Source: Oscillospiraceae bacterium (GTDB taxonomy: Bacteria > Bacillota > Clostridia > Oscillospirales > Oscillospiraceae). Taken from it: a stretch of 64,000 bases of DNA. Location: NCBI GenBank assembly GCA_017477525.1, contig JAFUVO010000016.1, positions 33,119-97,118 on the forward strand, written 5' to 3'. Made by a program: the position numbers and the translations under genes. Under the pieces are notes generated by a model. The model ran no database searches, had not been told where the DNA came from, and was given only the letters and a program-made list of their open reading frames with translations. The first letter of the stretch is position 1; every line of letters starts with the position of its first letter. Below, piece by piece: positions 19,148 to 30,006 of this stretch.

Positions 19148-20017
19148 TCACCACTCCGGCCTTTCCGGCCGTTCCTCCACGGCCTCGCAAAAGATCTCCG
19201 TCTTCCCCGGGTCGACGCGCTCCTTCTCCAAAATCAGCTTACCGATGCCCGCCGCCCGCAGGGTCCCCCCTCCGGGATTCAGCACACTGTCCACGCGGTT
19301 GACAATCTCCGCATCCATTGTGGAGTATTCAAAGGCATAGGTCGTGTCCAGCAGCTTGCAGTTTTTCATAATGAGGTTTTCAATGTAACACATCCCCTGC
19401 AGACTCTCGATGGTGCAGTCCACGAGCGTCAGGTTTTTGGCGTTCCAGCCCAGATACTCCCCGGAGATAAAGGAATCGTAGACCGTGACATTTTCCGTGT
19501 TCCAGAAGGCGTCCTTTGTCAGCAGCTTCGAGCCGCGGATTACCACATTCTTTGCCCCGTCGAAGCCGTAGTTGCCGTCCAGGCGCAGCCCCTCGATTTC
19601 CATGTCCGCGCAGTTCATGGCAAAATAGTCGCCCTTTGCCAGAACATTTTTCATCTGCACATCCCGGCAGTTCCACAGGGTTTCGGCGGCGTTGGTCAGC
19701 TGTACGTTTTCCAGCCGCAGCCCCGCGCAGCGGCGGAAATTTTTCGGCGCCTCTATGATGGCGTCCTTTACGGCGACGCGGTTGCTGTACCACACCCCGG
19801 CCCGCGCCGTATCGTACCAGGTGCAGTCCTCCGCCGTGATATCCTCCGCGTACCACAGCGGGTATTTCCAGCGGAACATGCAGCCCGTCAGCTCGATGTT
19901 GCGGCTCTCCTTCAGCGGCGATTCCCCGTCTTCAAACACGCTGTCCACGATGCGCAAATCCCGCCCGTGGAACAACGCCCGCTCTCCAACAAATTTTTGC
20001 TGTCTCAGTTCTGTCAT
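19148..20017 (-). CDS. DUF3737-like beta-helix protein
   Basis: Starts at MTELRQQKFVGERALF. The sequence shows repetitive beta-helix-like periodicity (ENV.L.N...C.DV.M.NV...). There are 6 nt between its stop and the downstream lyase gene. Family assignment is from memory. Confidence 0.55.
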   Translation of the reverse strand: MTELRQQKFVGERALFHGRDLRIVDSVFEDGESPLKESRNIELTGCMFRWKYPLWYAEDITAEDCTWYDTARAGVWYSNRVAVKDAIIEAPKNFRRCAGLRLENVQLTNAAETLWNCRDVQMKNVLAKGDYFAMNCADMEIEGLRLDGNYGFDGAKNVVIRGSKLLTKDAFWNTENVTVYDSFISGEYLGWNAKNLTLVDCTIESLQGMCYIENLIMKNCKLLDTTYAFEYSTMDAEIVNRVDSVLNPGGGTLRAAGIGKLILEKERVDPGKTEIFCEAVEERPERPEW

Positions 20018-20086
20018 AATGCTGCTCCTTTTGCATATTCTTTCTTTTCTATGCCTGATATCATACGTTTTTTTCCGTAATTTGTC

Positions 20087-20134
20087 AACAACAATAAAAC
20101 ATCCGCCCTTCCGGGCGGATGTTTTATTGTTGTT
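20087..20134. terminator. Intrinsic terminator downstream of oppA (palindromic, bidirectional)
   Basis: AACAACAATAAAACATCCGCCC-ttcc-GGGCGGATGTTTTATTGTTGTT, a 22-bp stem. Confidence 0.8.
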
Positions 20135-20141
20135 TCGTGTA

Positions 20142-21974
20142 TCAGCGGCCGAACTGGCAGTCGTTGTTGCCGGAAACGGTGGTCCACATCTCGAGCATGT
20201 TGATGGGGTCGTTGAAATCGGCAATCCAGCCCTCGCGCGCGAAGTCGAAGTTACCGGCCTTGCGCTCCTCGAGGAACACGTTCCAATCCTGCTGCTCAAT
20301 GCTCAGGTCGATGCCCACGACGGCCAGATCCTGCTGGATGGACTCAGCGATGGCGATGTGGCCGGAGGTGGGATTGGTGATATAGGTCAGCTGGATCGGC
20401 GTGGAGTCGGAGAGCATCCCGTTGTCGTCAAACTCATAGCCCGCCGTCGTCAGCAGGGAACGCGCTAAGGTCACGGTCTCATCATAGGCATCGTTGATGC
20501 CATAGGCGTCGAAGTAGCCGTCCTTGGGATCGCTCTTAAACACGCCGCCATTGCCGTCGGCCATGCCCAGGGGGATGAAGGAGTTGGCGGCGACCTGTCC
20601 GGTCTGGCCGATGTTGTCGCAGATATAGTCGCGGTCGATCAGCAGGGAGAAGGCCTGACGCATGAGGGTGGCCTGCTCCGGGGTCTTGCCGTTGAAGATG
20701 GCGCTCTTGCAGTTGAAGGCCACATAGTAGGTGCCCAGCTCATCCACAATGTGGAACTCGCTGTTGTTGTTGGCCAGCAGATTGGCGATCTCATCGGTGG
20801 GAACGGTATCGCAGAAGTCGAGGTTGCCGGCATTGTAAGCGGCAAAGATGGCGGTGTCGTCGGCGGAGAGCATGTACTCTAATTTCTCGACAGTCACCTT
20901 ATCGGCGTCGAACCAGTAGGGGTTCTTCTCATAGGTCATGGAAACAGCGTGGTTCCAGCCGGTGCAGACATAAGCGCCGTTGGAGACAAAGCCGGCCTCG
21001 GTGCACCAGCCGCCGGGGCTGGTCTGCCAGTCGGCATAGGACTCAACCGCGGACTGCTTCACGGGGTAGAAGGTCGGGAAGGCCATCAGATCCTCCATGT
21101 AGGCGCAGGGGGCGATCAGGGTGAACTGCAGGGTGGTGTCGTCCAGGGCGGTGACAGCCAGATCGTTGGGATAGCCCTCGAAGCCGGAGAACATGTAGGC
21201 GTAGTCGGCGGCGGTCTCGTCGGCGGAGGCGCGCTTCCATGCGTACTCAAAGTCAGCGGCGGTCAGGTCGCTGCCGTCGGACCACTTCAGGCCGTCCCGC
21301 AGGGTGACGGTGTAGGTCAGGCCGTCGGCGCTGGTCTCGTAACCGGTGGCGCAGGCCGGGACAGTCTTGCCGCTGGCGTCATAGGTGTACAGCCCGGAGA
21401 AAGAGTTGGCAGCCAGGCAGGCGCCATCGACGGAGCTGTTCAGCGCCGGATCGAGGTAGTCAGGCTCGCTGGCCAGTTGCAGGCGCAGGGTGTCAGAGCC
21501 ATTGTTCATTTTGGAGAACATGAAGAACTTCGTGGCAAAGGGGTTGGAGTAGATGCCGTCCACATAGTCCTTCTGCATGTAGATGTCGTTGTAATAATAG
21601 ATGGGGATGACGCAGTTGGTGGCCATCAGGATGTCTTCAGCCTGGTGCATCAGCTCGGTGCGGCGGGTAAAGTCTGTCTCCGACTTGATTTGCGCAATCA
21701 GCTCGTCATAAGCGGACCATTGGGTCAGAGGGTCAATAAACGCGGGGCTGACAAGCTCAGCGGCGTTCACGTCTGAGCCATTGCCGCCGTCCGCGGCCTC
21801 GGTGGAAGCGGGAGTGCTGGCGGTGTTTGTGCTGCTTTGCGTAGTGTTCGATGCGCTGTTGTTGTTGTCGGTGGTTGTGGCGGTCGTGGTGTTCGTTGTG
21901 GTCGAGCTGCCGCCGCAGGCGGCCATCGACAGCACCATAACCAATGCCAGGAGCATTGCCAGGGTCTTTTTCAT
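20142..21974 (-). CDS. oppA: Oligopeptide ABC transporter substrate-binding lipoprotein (family 5)
   Basis: 610 aa. Lipobox MAACGG followed by a low-complexity T/N/S linker, then the SBP_bac_5 body. Confidence 0.85.
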   Translation of the reverse strand: MKKTLAMLLALVMVLSMAACGGSSTTTNTTTATTTDNNNSASNTTQSSTNTASTPASTEAADGGNGSDVNAAELVSPAFIDPLTQWSAYDELIAQIKSETDFTRRTELMHQAEDILMATNCVIPIYYYNDIYMQKDYVDGIYSNPFATKFFMFSKMNNGSDTLRLQLASEPDYLDPALNSSVDGACLAANSFSGLYTYDASGKTVPACATGYETSADGLTYTVTLRDGLKWSDGSDLTAADFEYAWKRASADETAADYAYMFSGFEGYPNDLAVTALDDTTLQFTLIAPCAYMEDLMAFPTFYPVKQSAVESYADWQTSPGGWCTEAGFVSNGAYVCTGWNHAVSMTYEKNPYWFDADKVTVEKLEYMLSADDTAIFAAYNAGNLDFCDTVPTDEIANLLANNNSEFHIVDELGTYYVAFNCKSAIFNGKTPEQATLMRQAFSLLIDRDYICDNIGQTGQVAANSFIPLGMADGNGGVFKSDPKDGYFDAYGINDAYDETVTLARSLLTTAGYEFDDNGMLSDSTPIQLTYITNPTSGHIAIAESIQQDLAVVGIDLSIEQQDWNVFLEERKAGNFDFAREGWIADFNDPINMLEMWTTVSGNNDCQFGR

Positions 21975-22027
21975 TTTTGGTTTACCTCCAATTTTTTTAT
22001 CATAGAATCCTTGCGGATACTATTTCA

Positions 22028-22980
22028 TCATTTGTTCCAGCAGGCCACAAAATGTCCGCCGCCGCGGTCGGTCAGGGCGGGGCACTCCTTCCCGCACTGC
22101 TCCGTAGCGAAGCGGCAGCGGGTACGGAAGGCGCAGCCGGTGGGCATGTTCAGGGGGCTGGGCACATCCCCTTCCAGCAGAATCCGCTTGCGGCTCCGGG
22201 TGATGTCCGGGTCCGGAATCGGCACCGCGGAAAGCAGGGATTCGGTGTAGGGGTGCATGGGGCGCTCATTGAGCTCGTCGGCGTCGGCGATCTCGACGAT
22301 TTTTCCCAAGTACATGACCGCGATGCGGTCGGAGATATGGTGTACCACCAGCAGGTCGTGGGCGATGAAGAGGTAGGCCACGCCCAGCTTCTCCTGCAGC
22401 TCCTCGAACATATTGATGACCTGGGCCTGGATGGACACGTCCAGCGCCGACACAGGCTCGTCGCACACGATGAACTTCGGGTCCACCGCCAGGGCGCGGG
22501 CGATGCCGATGCGCTGGCGCTGGCCGCCGGAGAACTCGTGGGCATAGCGCCGCGCGTGTTCCGCGTTCAGGCCCACGAAGCTCATGAGCTCAAGAATCTT
22601 CTCCCGGCGCTCCTTCCGGCTCTTGCACAGATGGTGGACATCCAGCGGTTCGCCGATGATGTCCTCGACGGTCATGCGGGGGTCGAGGGAGGAATAGGGG
22701 TCCTGGAACACCATCTGCATCTGCTTGCGCATGTGGCCGATGTTCCCGGAAGTGACGGGCTGGCCGTCGAACAGGATTTCGCCCGAGGTGGGCTCATAGA
22801 GGTGGAGGATGGTGCGGCCCACAGTGGTCTTTCCGCAACCGGACTCCCCCACCAGCCCCAGGGTCTCCCCACGGTTCACCGTGAAGGAAACGTCGTCGAC
22901 GGCCTTCAGCGGGACCGTCTTAAAGCCGGATTTCACGGGGAAATACTGTTTCAGGTTCCTGACCTCAAGCAGAACATCGC

Positions 22981-22984
<4 letters not shown>
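22028..22984 (-). CDS. oppF: Oligopeptide ABC transporter ATP-binding protein OppF
   Basis: Walker [10 protein letters not shown], signature FSGGQRQR, Walker [13 protein letters not shown], and the Opp C-terminal extension. Confidence 0.9.
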
Positions 22985-23987
<1,003 letters not shown>

Positions 23988-23991
<4 letters not shown>

Positions 23992-25088
23992 CTCTTCAGT
24001 TTCGGGTCAAAGGCATCCCGGAGGCCGTCGCCCAGCAGGTTCAGGCTCAGCACGATCAGGCAGATGATCAGGGCCGGGAAAACCAGCTTGTAGGGATAGC
24101 TCTGCAATCCGGCGCGGGCGTTGTTGGCCAGGGAGCCCAGGGAGGGCATCGGGGCCTTGACGCCGATGCCGCAGAAGCTCAGGAAGCTCTCGGTGAAAAT
24201 GGCCGAGGGAATCTGCAGCGCCGTCGAAATGATAATCACGGACAGGCAGTTGGGGAGGATGTGCTTGCGGATGATGCGGCCGGGATTCGCGCCGATGGAA
24301 CGGGCCGCCAGGATGTACTCGTTCTCCTTGATGGAGAGGATCTGGCCGCGTATCAGGCGGGCCATGCCCACCCAGTACAGCAGCCCGAACACGATGAACA
24401 GGCTCACCATGCTGGTGCCCAGCCGGGCCAGGAGCGTCCCGCTCGGAAAGTGCAGCCGCTCCTGCAGCACCACGGAGAGAAGGATGATAATCAGCATGTC
24501 GGGCAGGGAGTAGATGATGTCGACAATGCGCATCATAATCAGGTCCACCTTGCCCCCCAGGTAGCCGGAGATGCTGCCGTAGAGCATCCCGATGATCAGG
24601 ACGATGATGCTGGCGAAAAAGCCGACCACCAGACTGATCCTTGTACCGTAAATCACGCGGATGAAGTAGTCTCGGCACTGCTCATCCGTGCCGAAGATAT
24701 GGGGGAAGCGCTCGCCTCCGGCGTCGATATAGCGCTGCTCGGCCTCGCTGTAAGTGAAGGGCGCCAGGTTCTTGGCCCCCTTGTCGCGCTTGCCGTTGAC
24801 CGAGAGGATTTCCTCGTAGCTGTAGGGCACGACCATCGGGGCGATGATGATTGTCAGAATGATCGCCGCCAGGACAATCAGGCTGGCCACGGCCAGGGGA
24901 TTCTTAAAGAGCTTGCGCATACCGTCCCGGAAGAAGGTGGTGCTCTCGCTCATGACGTCCTGCTGGCGCTTCTCGTCCTCCGTCGCCGGAATAAAATCCG
25001 AGGCGGAGAATTTTTTCAGGTCGATCTGGGCGCTGAGAATCTGTTTTTTCGGCGTCCCATTGGGGTTTTGCCTGCGCTTGGTGTCCAA
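23988..25088 (-). CDS. oppC: Oligopeptide ABC transporter permease OppC
   Basis: Extended N-terminus, then a BPD_transp_1 core (ENEYILAARSIGANPGRII). Confidence 0.88.
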
Positions 25089-25105
25089 TTTCTTCCGCCT
25101 CCTTC

Positions 25106-26035
25106 TCAGTCGTACTTGATCCGCGGGTCGACCAGCTTGTACAGCAGGTCGCAGATCACGTTGGCAATCACCATCAGCGTCGCCAGGAAAATGGTGGTCG
25201 CCATGATGAGGGTGTAGTCGTGGTTGGTGATGGCGCTGATGAACTTGCTGCCCAGGCCCCCCACGGTGAAGATGGTCTCAATGACCATCGAACCGGTGAT
25301 GATGTAGGCGATTTGGGGGCCGGCGTAAGTAATCACGGGAATCAGGGAGTTGCGCAGCGCGTGTTTGAAAATCATCATTGTGCGTGACACGCCCTTGGCC
25401 CGGGCCGTGCGGATGTAGTCCTGGCTCAGCGCGTCCAGCATGGAGGTTTTTGACAGACGGGTGATATAGGCCATCGGATAGGCCGAAAGGGCGATCACCG
25501 GAAGCACATAGTTGTTGTCCGTGGCGCTCCACACCGGCACCCACTGCAGCCGGATACAGAACACCAGCAGCAGCAGCGAGGCCAGCACGAAAGAGGGCAC
25601 GGCGGTGAGCAGCGTCGACAGAAAGACGATGATCCTGTCCGGCAGCTTGTTGCGCATCAGCGCCGCCGTACTGCCCAGCACGGTGCCCAGAATCAGCGCC
25701 ACGATCATGGCTGAAACACCCAGCCGCGCGGACACCGGGAAGGACTCCCCGATGATGTCCTTGATCTCACGCCCGTTCTTCAGCGAAACGCCGAAGTCGC
25801 CCTGCAGGATCCCCTTCATATACAGAAGAAACTGTTCCGGCAGGGGCTTGTCCAGGCCGTAACGCGCCTCCAGAGCAGCGATGGTGGCCTCGCTCAGCGC
25901 CTTTTCCCGGTTGAAAGGCCCGCCGGGGACGGCGTGCATGGTGAAGAACGTGATCGCGCAGATGATGATGACTGTCAATACCGCCAAAAGCAGGCGCTTG
26001 ACGATGTATCTGCCCACAAACCTCTCTCCTCTCAC
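25106..26035 (-). CDS. oppB: Oligopeptide ABC transporter permease OppB
   Basis: YIVKRLL...N-terminus and the EAA loop QDYIRTARAKGVS. Confidence 0.9.
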   Translation of the reverse strand: MRGERFVGRYIVKRLLLAVLTVIIICAITFFTMHAVPGGPFNREKALSEATIAALEARYGLDKPLPEQFLLYMKGILQGDFGVSLKNGREIKDIIGESFPVSARLGVSAMIVALILGTVLGSTAALMRNKLPDRIIVFLSTLLTAVPSFVLASLLLLVFCIRLQWVPVWSATDNNYVLPVIALSAYPMAYITRLSKTSMLDALSQDYIRTARAKGVSRTMMIFKHALRNSLIPVITYAGPQIAYIITGSMVIETIFTVGGLGSKFISAITNHDYTLIMATTIFLATLMVIANVICDLLYKLVDPRIKYD

Positions 26036-26407
26036 ATTTTGGAATCTCTCTTGTCTTTTCCCCCCGGGAAAAAACGCAAAGGAACCCCATCCCTTTGCTG
26101 ATTGTGTATTTTTTCAAAACACGTCAATTATTTTACCTTAAAATCGTCAATATTGCAAATTGAATCTGTGCATATTTCATTTTTTGTAAATTCTATCTAA
26201 TAGCAATTATAATTTATTACAAAAATTAAACGCTTTGCCGAAGTATCCTCCGGGACACCGCTTCCCCGGCTCTCCGCGGAGCCATATTCGGCGCGAATTA
26301 TTCGCAGCTTCTCGACAGACGGAATTTGATTTGATATAGTATAATCATATTTGATAATGCCCTTTTCCAAGAAGAAAATGATTCTGGAATCTGAAAAGAG
26401 GGATCCC

Positions 26408-27538
26408 ATGCCGAAAAACCGAAACGCGAAATCCTCCCCATGGCCCCGCCGGCGCGGCAAAGCGGAGGTTTTTGTTCTCTGCTTCATGCTGCTGGCCTCC
26501 TTGCTCGGTCTGTGCGAACCGGTATGCGCCGGTTCGGTGGGCGGCGCCGCCGGCGTCGCGCCGGAGCCGGACTTTGCGCGCTTCGCCGGCCTTAGCTGGG
26601 AGGAGCTGACCCGGGAGTTCCTCGCGCAGGCCCCCGGTTCGGCGGAAAACGTCGGTATCGCTTATTATAACACCGTGACAGGCGAATACCACAGCTATCA
26701 GGGGGACCGGTATTTTTATGCCGCCAGCCTCTACAAGCTCCCACTGAATATGTATTTTGCGGAAAAAATATACCGCGGGGAAATGAGCTTCGACGACAAA
26801 ATTTACGGCAGGCGCTACGGGAACATGCAGAAGGCCAGCCTTCAGTTCTCCTCCAACCCCGAGAGCGAAAGCCTGATGGGATATCTCGGCGGCGGAAAGC
26901 GCTATCTGGATGCGCTCCGCCCCTACCTCGCCGGGGAGGATGAGGACTACGATTTCAGCTTTCTCCGGGACAACCGTTTTACGCCCTGCCAGATGCTCCA
27001 CGCCCTGCGGCTGCTCTACGAAGACCCCGAACGCTTTCCCGATGTGCTCTACTACCTGGCCCAGGCCAGCCAGGACAATTTTTTCTGCAAATACGAGACG
27101 CGTTTCCCCATCGCCCACAAATACGGCTGGCTGGCTGAGGAAGGCATCACGGTGGTGAACGACGCCGGGATCATCTGGACGGAGGAGCCGATCCTCCTGG
27201 TATTTATGAGCAACAACAATTCCGGGGATACCGTCACGCTCGGGCAATACTGCGTCCTGATGTGCGATTACTGCCAGTACTGGCACCGGGTCCATCTGGC
27301 CGCGGCGGAGGGACTTTCAGGGGAAACCCGGGAACTGCTGCGCCGCTCCGCCCGGAGCATGGCGGAAGCGCTGCGCCCGGCGGAAGAAGGAAGCCTTCCC
27401 GAAGCATTTTCGGCTTCCGGCGGGGCGGGAAAGGAAACAATGAAAACGGAAACAGGCGCATTGCGCGCATTTCCCCCGGTCCTGGCCGCGTTCGGGATTG
27501 CCGGTTTATGCGTTTTTCTCAAATTCAGAAGGCACTGA
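26408..27538 (+). CDS. Membrane-anchored serine hydrolase, class A beta-lactamase-like fold
   Basis: SxxK motif in FYAASLYKLPL. N-terminal signal/TM segment and a C-terminal TM segment. The start is uncertain (26351, 26378 or 26408). Confidence 0.55.
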   Translation: MPKNRNAKSSPWPRRRGKAEVFVLCFMLLASLLGLCEPVCAGSVGGAAGVAPEPDFARFAGLSWEELTREFLAQAPGSAENVGIAYYNTVTGEYHSYQGDRYFYAASLYKLPLNMYFAEKIYRGEMSFDDKIYGRRYGNMQKASLQFSSNPESESLMGYLGGGKRYLDALRPYLAGEDEDYDFSFLRDNRFTPCQMLHALRLLYEDPERFPDVLYYLAQASQDNFFCKYETRFPIAHKYGWLAEEGITVVNDAGIIWTEEPILLVFMSNNNSGDTVTLGQYCVLMCDYCQYWHRVHLAAAEGLSGETRELLRRSARSMAEALRPAEEGSLPEAFSASGGAGKETMKTETGALRAFPPVLAAFGIAGLCVFLKFRRH

Positions 27539-27692
27539 ACACGCCATCCCGGGACCGCCGGCGATATTTTGACCATAATTTTGATTTTTCCTATTCCTTT
27601 TTTTGAAACTTTGTGGTATATTGACAAGTAACGTATGGGAGCTGCCCTCCGGGCCGCTTCATGCGCCGGAAAATACTGCGGAGGTATCTCAT

Positions 27693-28052
27693 ATGCCTGA
27701 ACATTATATTACGATACCCGGCGAAAAGGGCAGCGTCCATATCTCGGAGGACGTGATCGCCGTCATTGTGGGCAGCGCGATCAGCGAGGTGGAGGGCGTG
27801 GCCGGCCTCACCGGCGCCGGCGGCCCGGATTTCAGCGAACGCCTGGGCTTTAAGTCCCTCTCAAGGGGCGTCGGCGTCAGCTTTGAGGGCGGCCGCGTCC
27901 GTGTGGACGCCTCAATCCATGTACGATACGGCGCCTCGATCGCCCAGGTCGGCGCGCTGGCGCAGAAAGCCGCCGCCGCCGCGGTCGAATCCATGACGGG
28001 ACTGGACAGCACTATCAATATCCACGTCGCCGGTGTGAGCTTTGAAAAATAA
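27693..28052 (+). CDS. Asp23/Gls24 family envelope stress protein (YqhY-like)
   Basis: VHISEDVIAVIVGSAISEVEGVAGL... matches the Asp23 pattern. GGAGG precedes ATG 27693. It sits upstream of nusB, as in Bacillus. Confidence 0.85.
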   Translation: MPEHYITIPGEKGSVHISEDVIAVIVGSAISEVEGVAGLTGAGGPDFSERLGFKSLSRGVGVSFEGGRVRVDASIHVRYGASIAQVGALAQKAAAAAVESMTGLDSTINIHVAGVSFEK

Positions 28053-28056
28053 GGCC

Positions 28057-28548
28057 ATGACCAGAACAGCAGCCAGGGAACTGGCGGTTTTACTTTCCGC
28101 TTCGGCGGCTCCGGGCCGGGCGGAGGAGGCGGCGGAAACCTTTTTTGAGCCGGAACATTATCAGACGCTGGCCTCCGAGGGGGAGCAGTTCGCGGACTAC
28201 CCCGACGAGCGGCAGATGGATTACATCCGCCGCCTGAACGCCGAGGTTGACGCGCATCGGGAGGAAGTGGACGGCTATGTCCGCCTCCATGCCCATGGCT
28301 GGCGTCCGGAGCGCCTGTCACGGACTACCGCCGCCATTCTCCGCTGCGCCCTGTGCGAGATACTATATATCAAAGACGTCCCCACGGGCGCGGCCATCAA
28401 CGAGGCCGTCGAGCTGGCGAAAAAATACGAGGGGGCGGAGACCGCCGCTTTTGTCAACGGCGTTCTGGGCGCCTTTGTCCGCGGACGGGAGACCGCTGCC
28501 GGGGAGGAAACGGAAGATGGAACAGCAGACGGTCCTGAGTGTCACTGA
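28057..28548 (+). CDS. nusB: Transcription antitermination factor NusB
   Basis: R..AR..A...L and ...TAAILRCALCEILYIKDVP..AAINEAVELAKKY......FVNGVLG. Confidence 0.88.
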   Translation: MTRTAARELAVLLSASAAPGRAEEAAETFFEPEHYQTLASEGEQFADYPDERQMDYIRRLNAEVDAHREEVDGYVRLHAHGWRPERLSRTTAAILRCALCEILYIKDVPTGAAINEAVELAKKYEGAETAAFVNGVLGAFVRGRETAAGEETEDGTADGPECH

Positions 28549-29725
28549 GCTCAACGGGCGCGTCAAGTCCCTGCTGGACGGCGACGGGCTGCTGCAGAAC
28601 GTCAGCGTCCGCGGCGAGCTGAGCAACTATAAAATCTACCCCTCCGGCCACCACTATTTCACCCTGAAGGACGCGGAGAGCTCCCTGCGCTGCGTTATGT
28701 TCCGTTCCAGCGCCGCCCGGCTGCGCTTCCGCCCGGAGAGCGGCATGGGGGCCACCGCCTTCGGGCGTGTGACCGTCTACCCCAGGGACGGGGCCTACCA
28801 GCTCTACTGCACCGTTCTGCTGCCCGAGGGTATGGGCGACCTCTACGTCGCCTTCGAGCAGCTCAAGAAAAAGCTCGCCTCCGAGGGGCTGTTTGACCCG
28901 GCGCATAAGAAGCCCCTCCCCCGCTACCCCCGGCGCATCGCCGTGGTCACCAGCGGCGCCGGCGCGGCGGTGCGTGACATCATCCGCGTCGCCGGAAAGC
29001 GCTGGCCCATGGCCAAAATCATCGTCCTGCCCGTGCGCGTCCAGGGCGTCGAGGCCCCGCCGGAGATTGTCGGGGCCCTGCGCTACGCCAACCGCTGGCG
29101 CGTTGCGGATTTGATTATCACGGGCCGCGGCGGCGGCAGCATTGAGGACCTCTGGGCCTTCAACGACGAGCGGGTGGCCAGGGCGATCTATGAAAGCGCC
29201 CTGCCCGTGATTTCCGCCGTGGGCCACGAGCCGGACGTCACCATCGCGGACTACGTCGCGGACAGGCGGGCCGCCACCCCCAGCAACGGCGCGGAAATCG
29301 CGACCCCGGATGCCGCGGAGCTGCGGGAGGCCCTGCGCTCCGCCGACGCCCGCTGCGCCCACGCCCTCCGGCGGCAGCTGGAATTTTACCGCCGGCGGCT
29401 GGAGGAGCTGCGCTCCCGCCGCGTCATGGAGAGCCCCCTGGGCTATATCGAGATGAAGCGGATGGAGCTTGACCTGCTCCGCGCCCGCCTGCTGCGGCGG
29501 CAGGAGCTGGTACTCGCCCAGAGGCGGCAGCGTTTCGCCCATCTGAGCGCCGCGCTGGACGCCCTGAGCCCGCTGAAGGTTTTTGCCCGGGGCTATGCCG
29601 TGGCGGAAAACAGCGCCGGACGGCTCCTGCGCAGTGTAAACGAAGCCTGCCCCGGCGAGCGCATCCATGTCCGCTTCCGGGACGGCGCGCTGGACTGCAC
29701 CGTGGATGGGGTATCCGCGTCATAA
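28517..29725 (+). CDS. xseA: Exodeoxyribonuclease VII large subunit
   Basis: LSVTELNGRVKSLLDGD..LQNVSVRGELSN....SGHHYFTLKD and ...RGGGSIEDLWAFNDE. Confidence 0.93.
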   Translation: MEQQTVLSVTELNGRVKSLLDGDGLLQNVSVRGELSNYKIYPSGHHYFTLKDAESSLRCVMFRSSAARLRFRPESGMGATAFGRVTVYPRDGAYQLYCTVLLPEGMGDLYVAFEQLKKKLASEGLFDPAHKKPLPRYPRRIAVVTSGAGAAVRDIIRVAGKRWPMAKIIVLPVRVQGVEAPPEIVGALRYANRWRVADLIITGRGGGSIEDLWAFNDERVARAIYESALPVISAVGHEPDVTIADYVADRRAATPSNGAEIATPDAAELREALRSADARCAHALRRQLEFYRRRLEELRSRRVMESPLGYIEMKRMELDLLRARLLRRQELVLAQRRQRFAHLSAALDALSPLKVFARGYAVAENSAGRLLRSVNEACPGERIHVRFRDGALDCTVDGVSAS

Positions 29726-29757
29726 ATGCCAGGCTCTCATAGAAAAAGGAGAACAGT

Positions 29758-29994
29758 ATGGAAGAGAAGGAACCGGGTTTTGAGGAGGCGATGAAGCGCC
29801 TTGAAACCATCGTCGCCGCCCTGGAAAAGGGTGACGCCAGCCTCAGCGACTCGATGAAGCTGTTTGAAGAGGGCTCCGCCCTGATCCGCCGCTGCGGCGA
29901 GCTGCTGGACACGGCGGAGCAGCAGGTGGTGAAGCTCAGAAAAGGTCCCGACGGAGCGCCGGAGGAACTGCCCTTCGACGCCGGGGCGGACTGA
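29758..29994 (+). CDS. xseB: Exodeoxyribonuclease VII small subunit
   Basis: FEEAMKRLETIVAALEKGDASLSDSMKLFEEG..L.R.C...L is the XseB pattern. Confidence 0.9.
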   Translation: MEEKEPGFEEAMKRLETIVAALEKGDASLSDSMKLFEEGSALIRRCGELLDTAEQQVVKLRKGPDGAPEELPFDAGAD

Positions 29995-30006
29995 CTTGCG
30001 TTTCCC

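Noticed and set aside
26036-26407. AT-rich ~370-bp divergent intergenic region between oppB and the serine hydrolase gene, checked for a T-box, riboswitch or clear promoters
   Set aside because: No T-box specifier/T-box sequence or riboswitch core was recognised. Several weak -35/-10 combinations exist (for example TTGACG repeats on the minus strand) but none has good spacing, so no feature is called.
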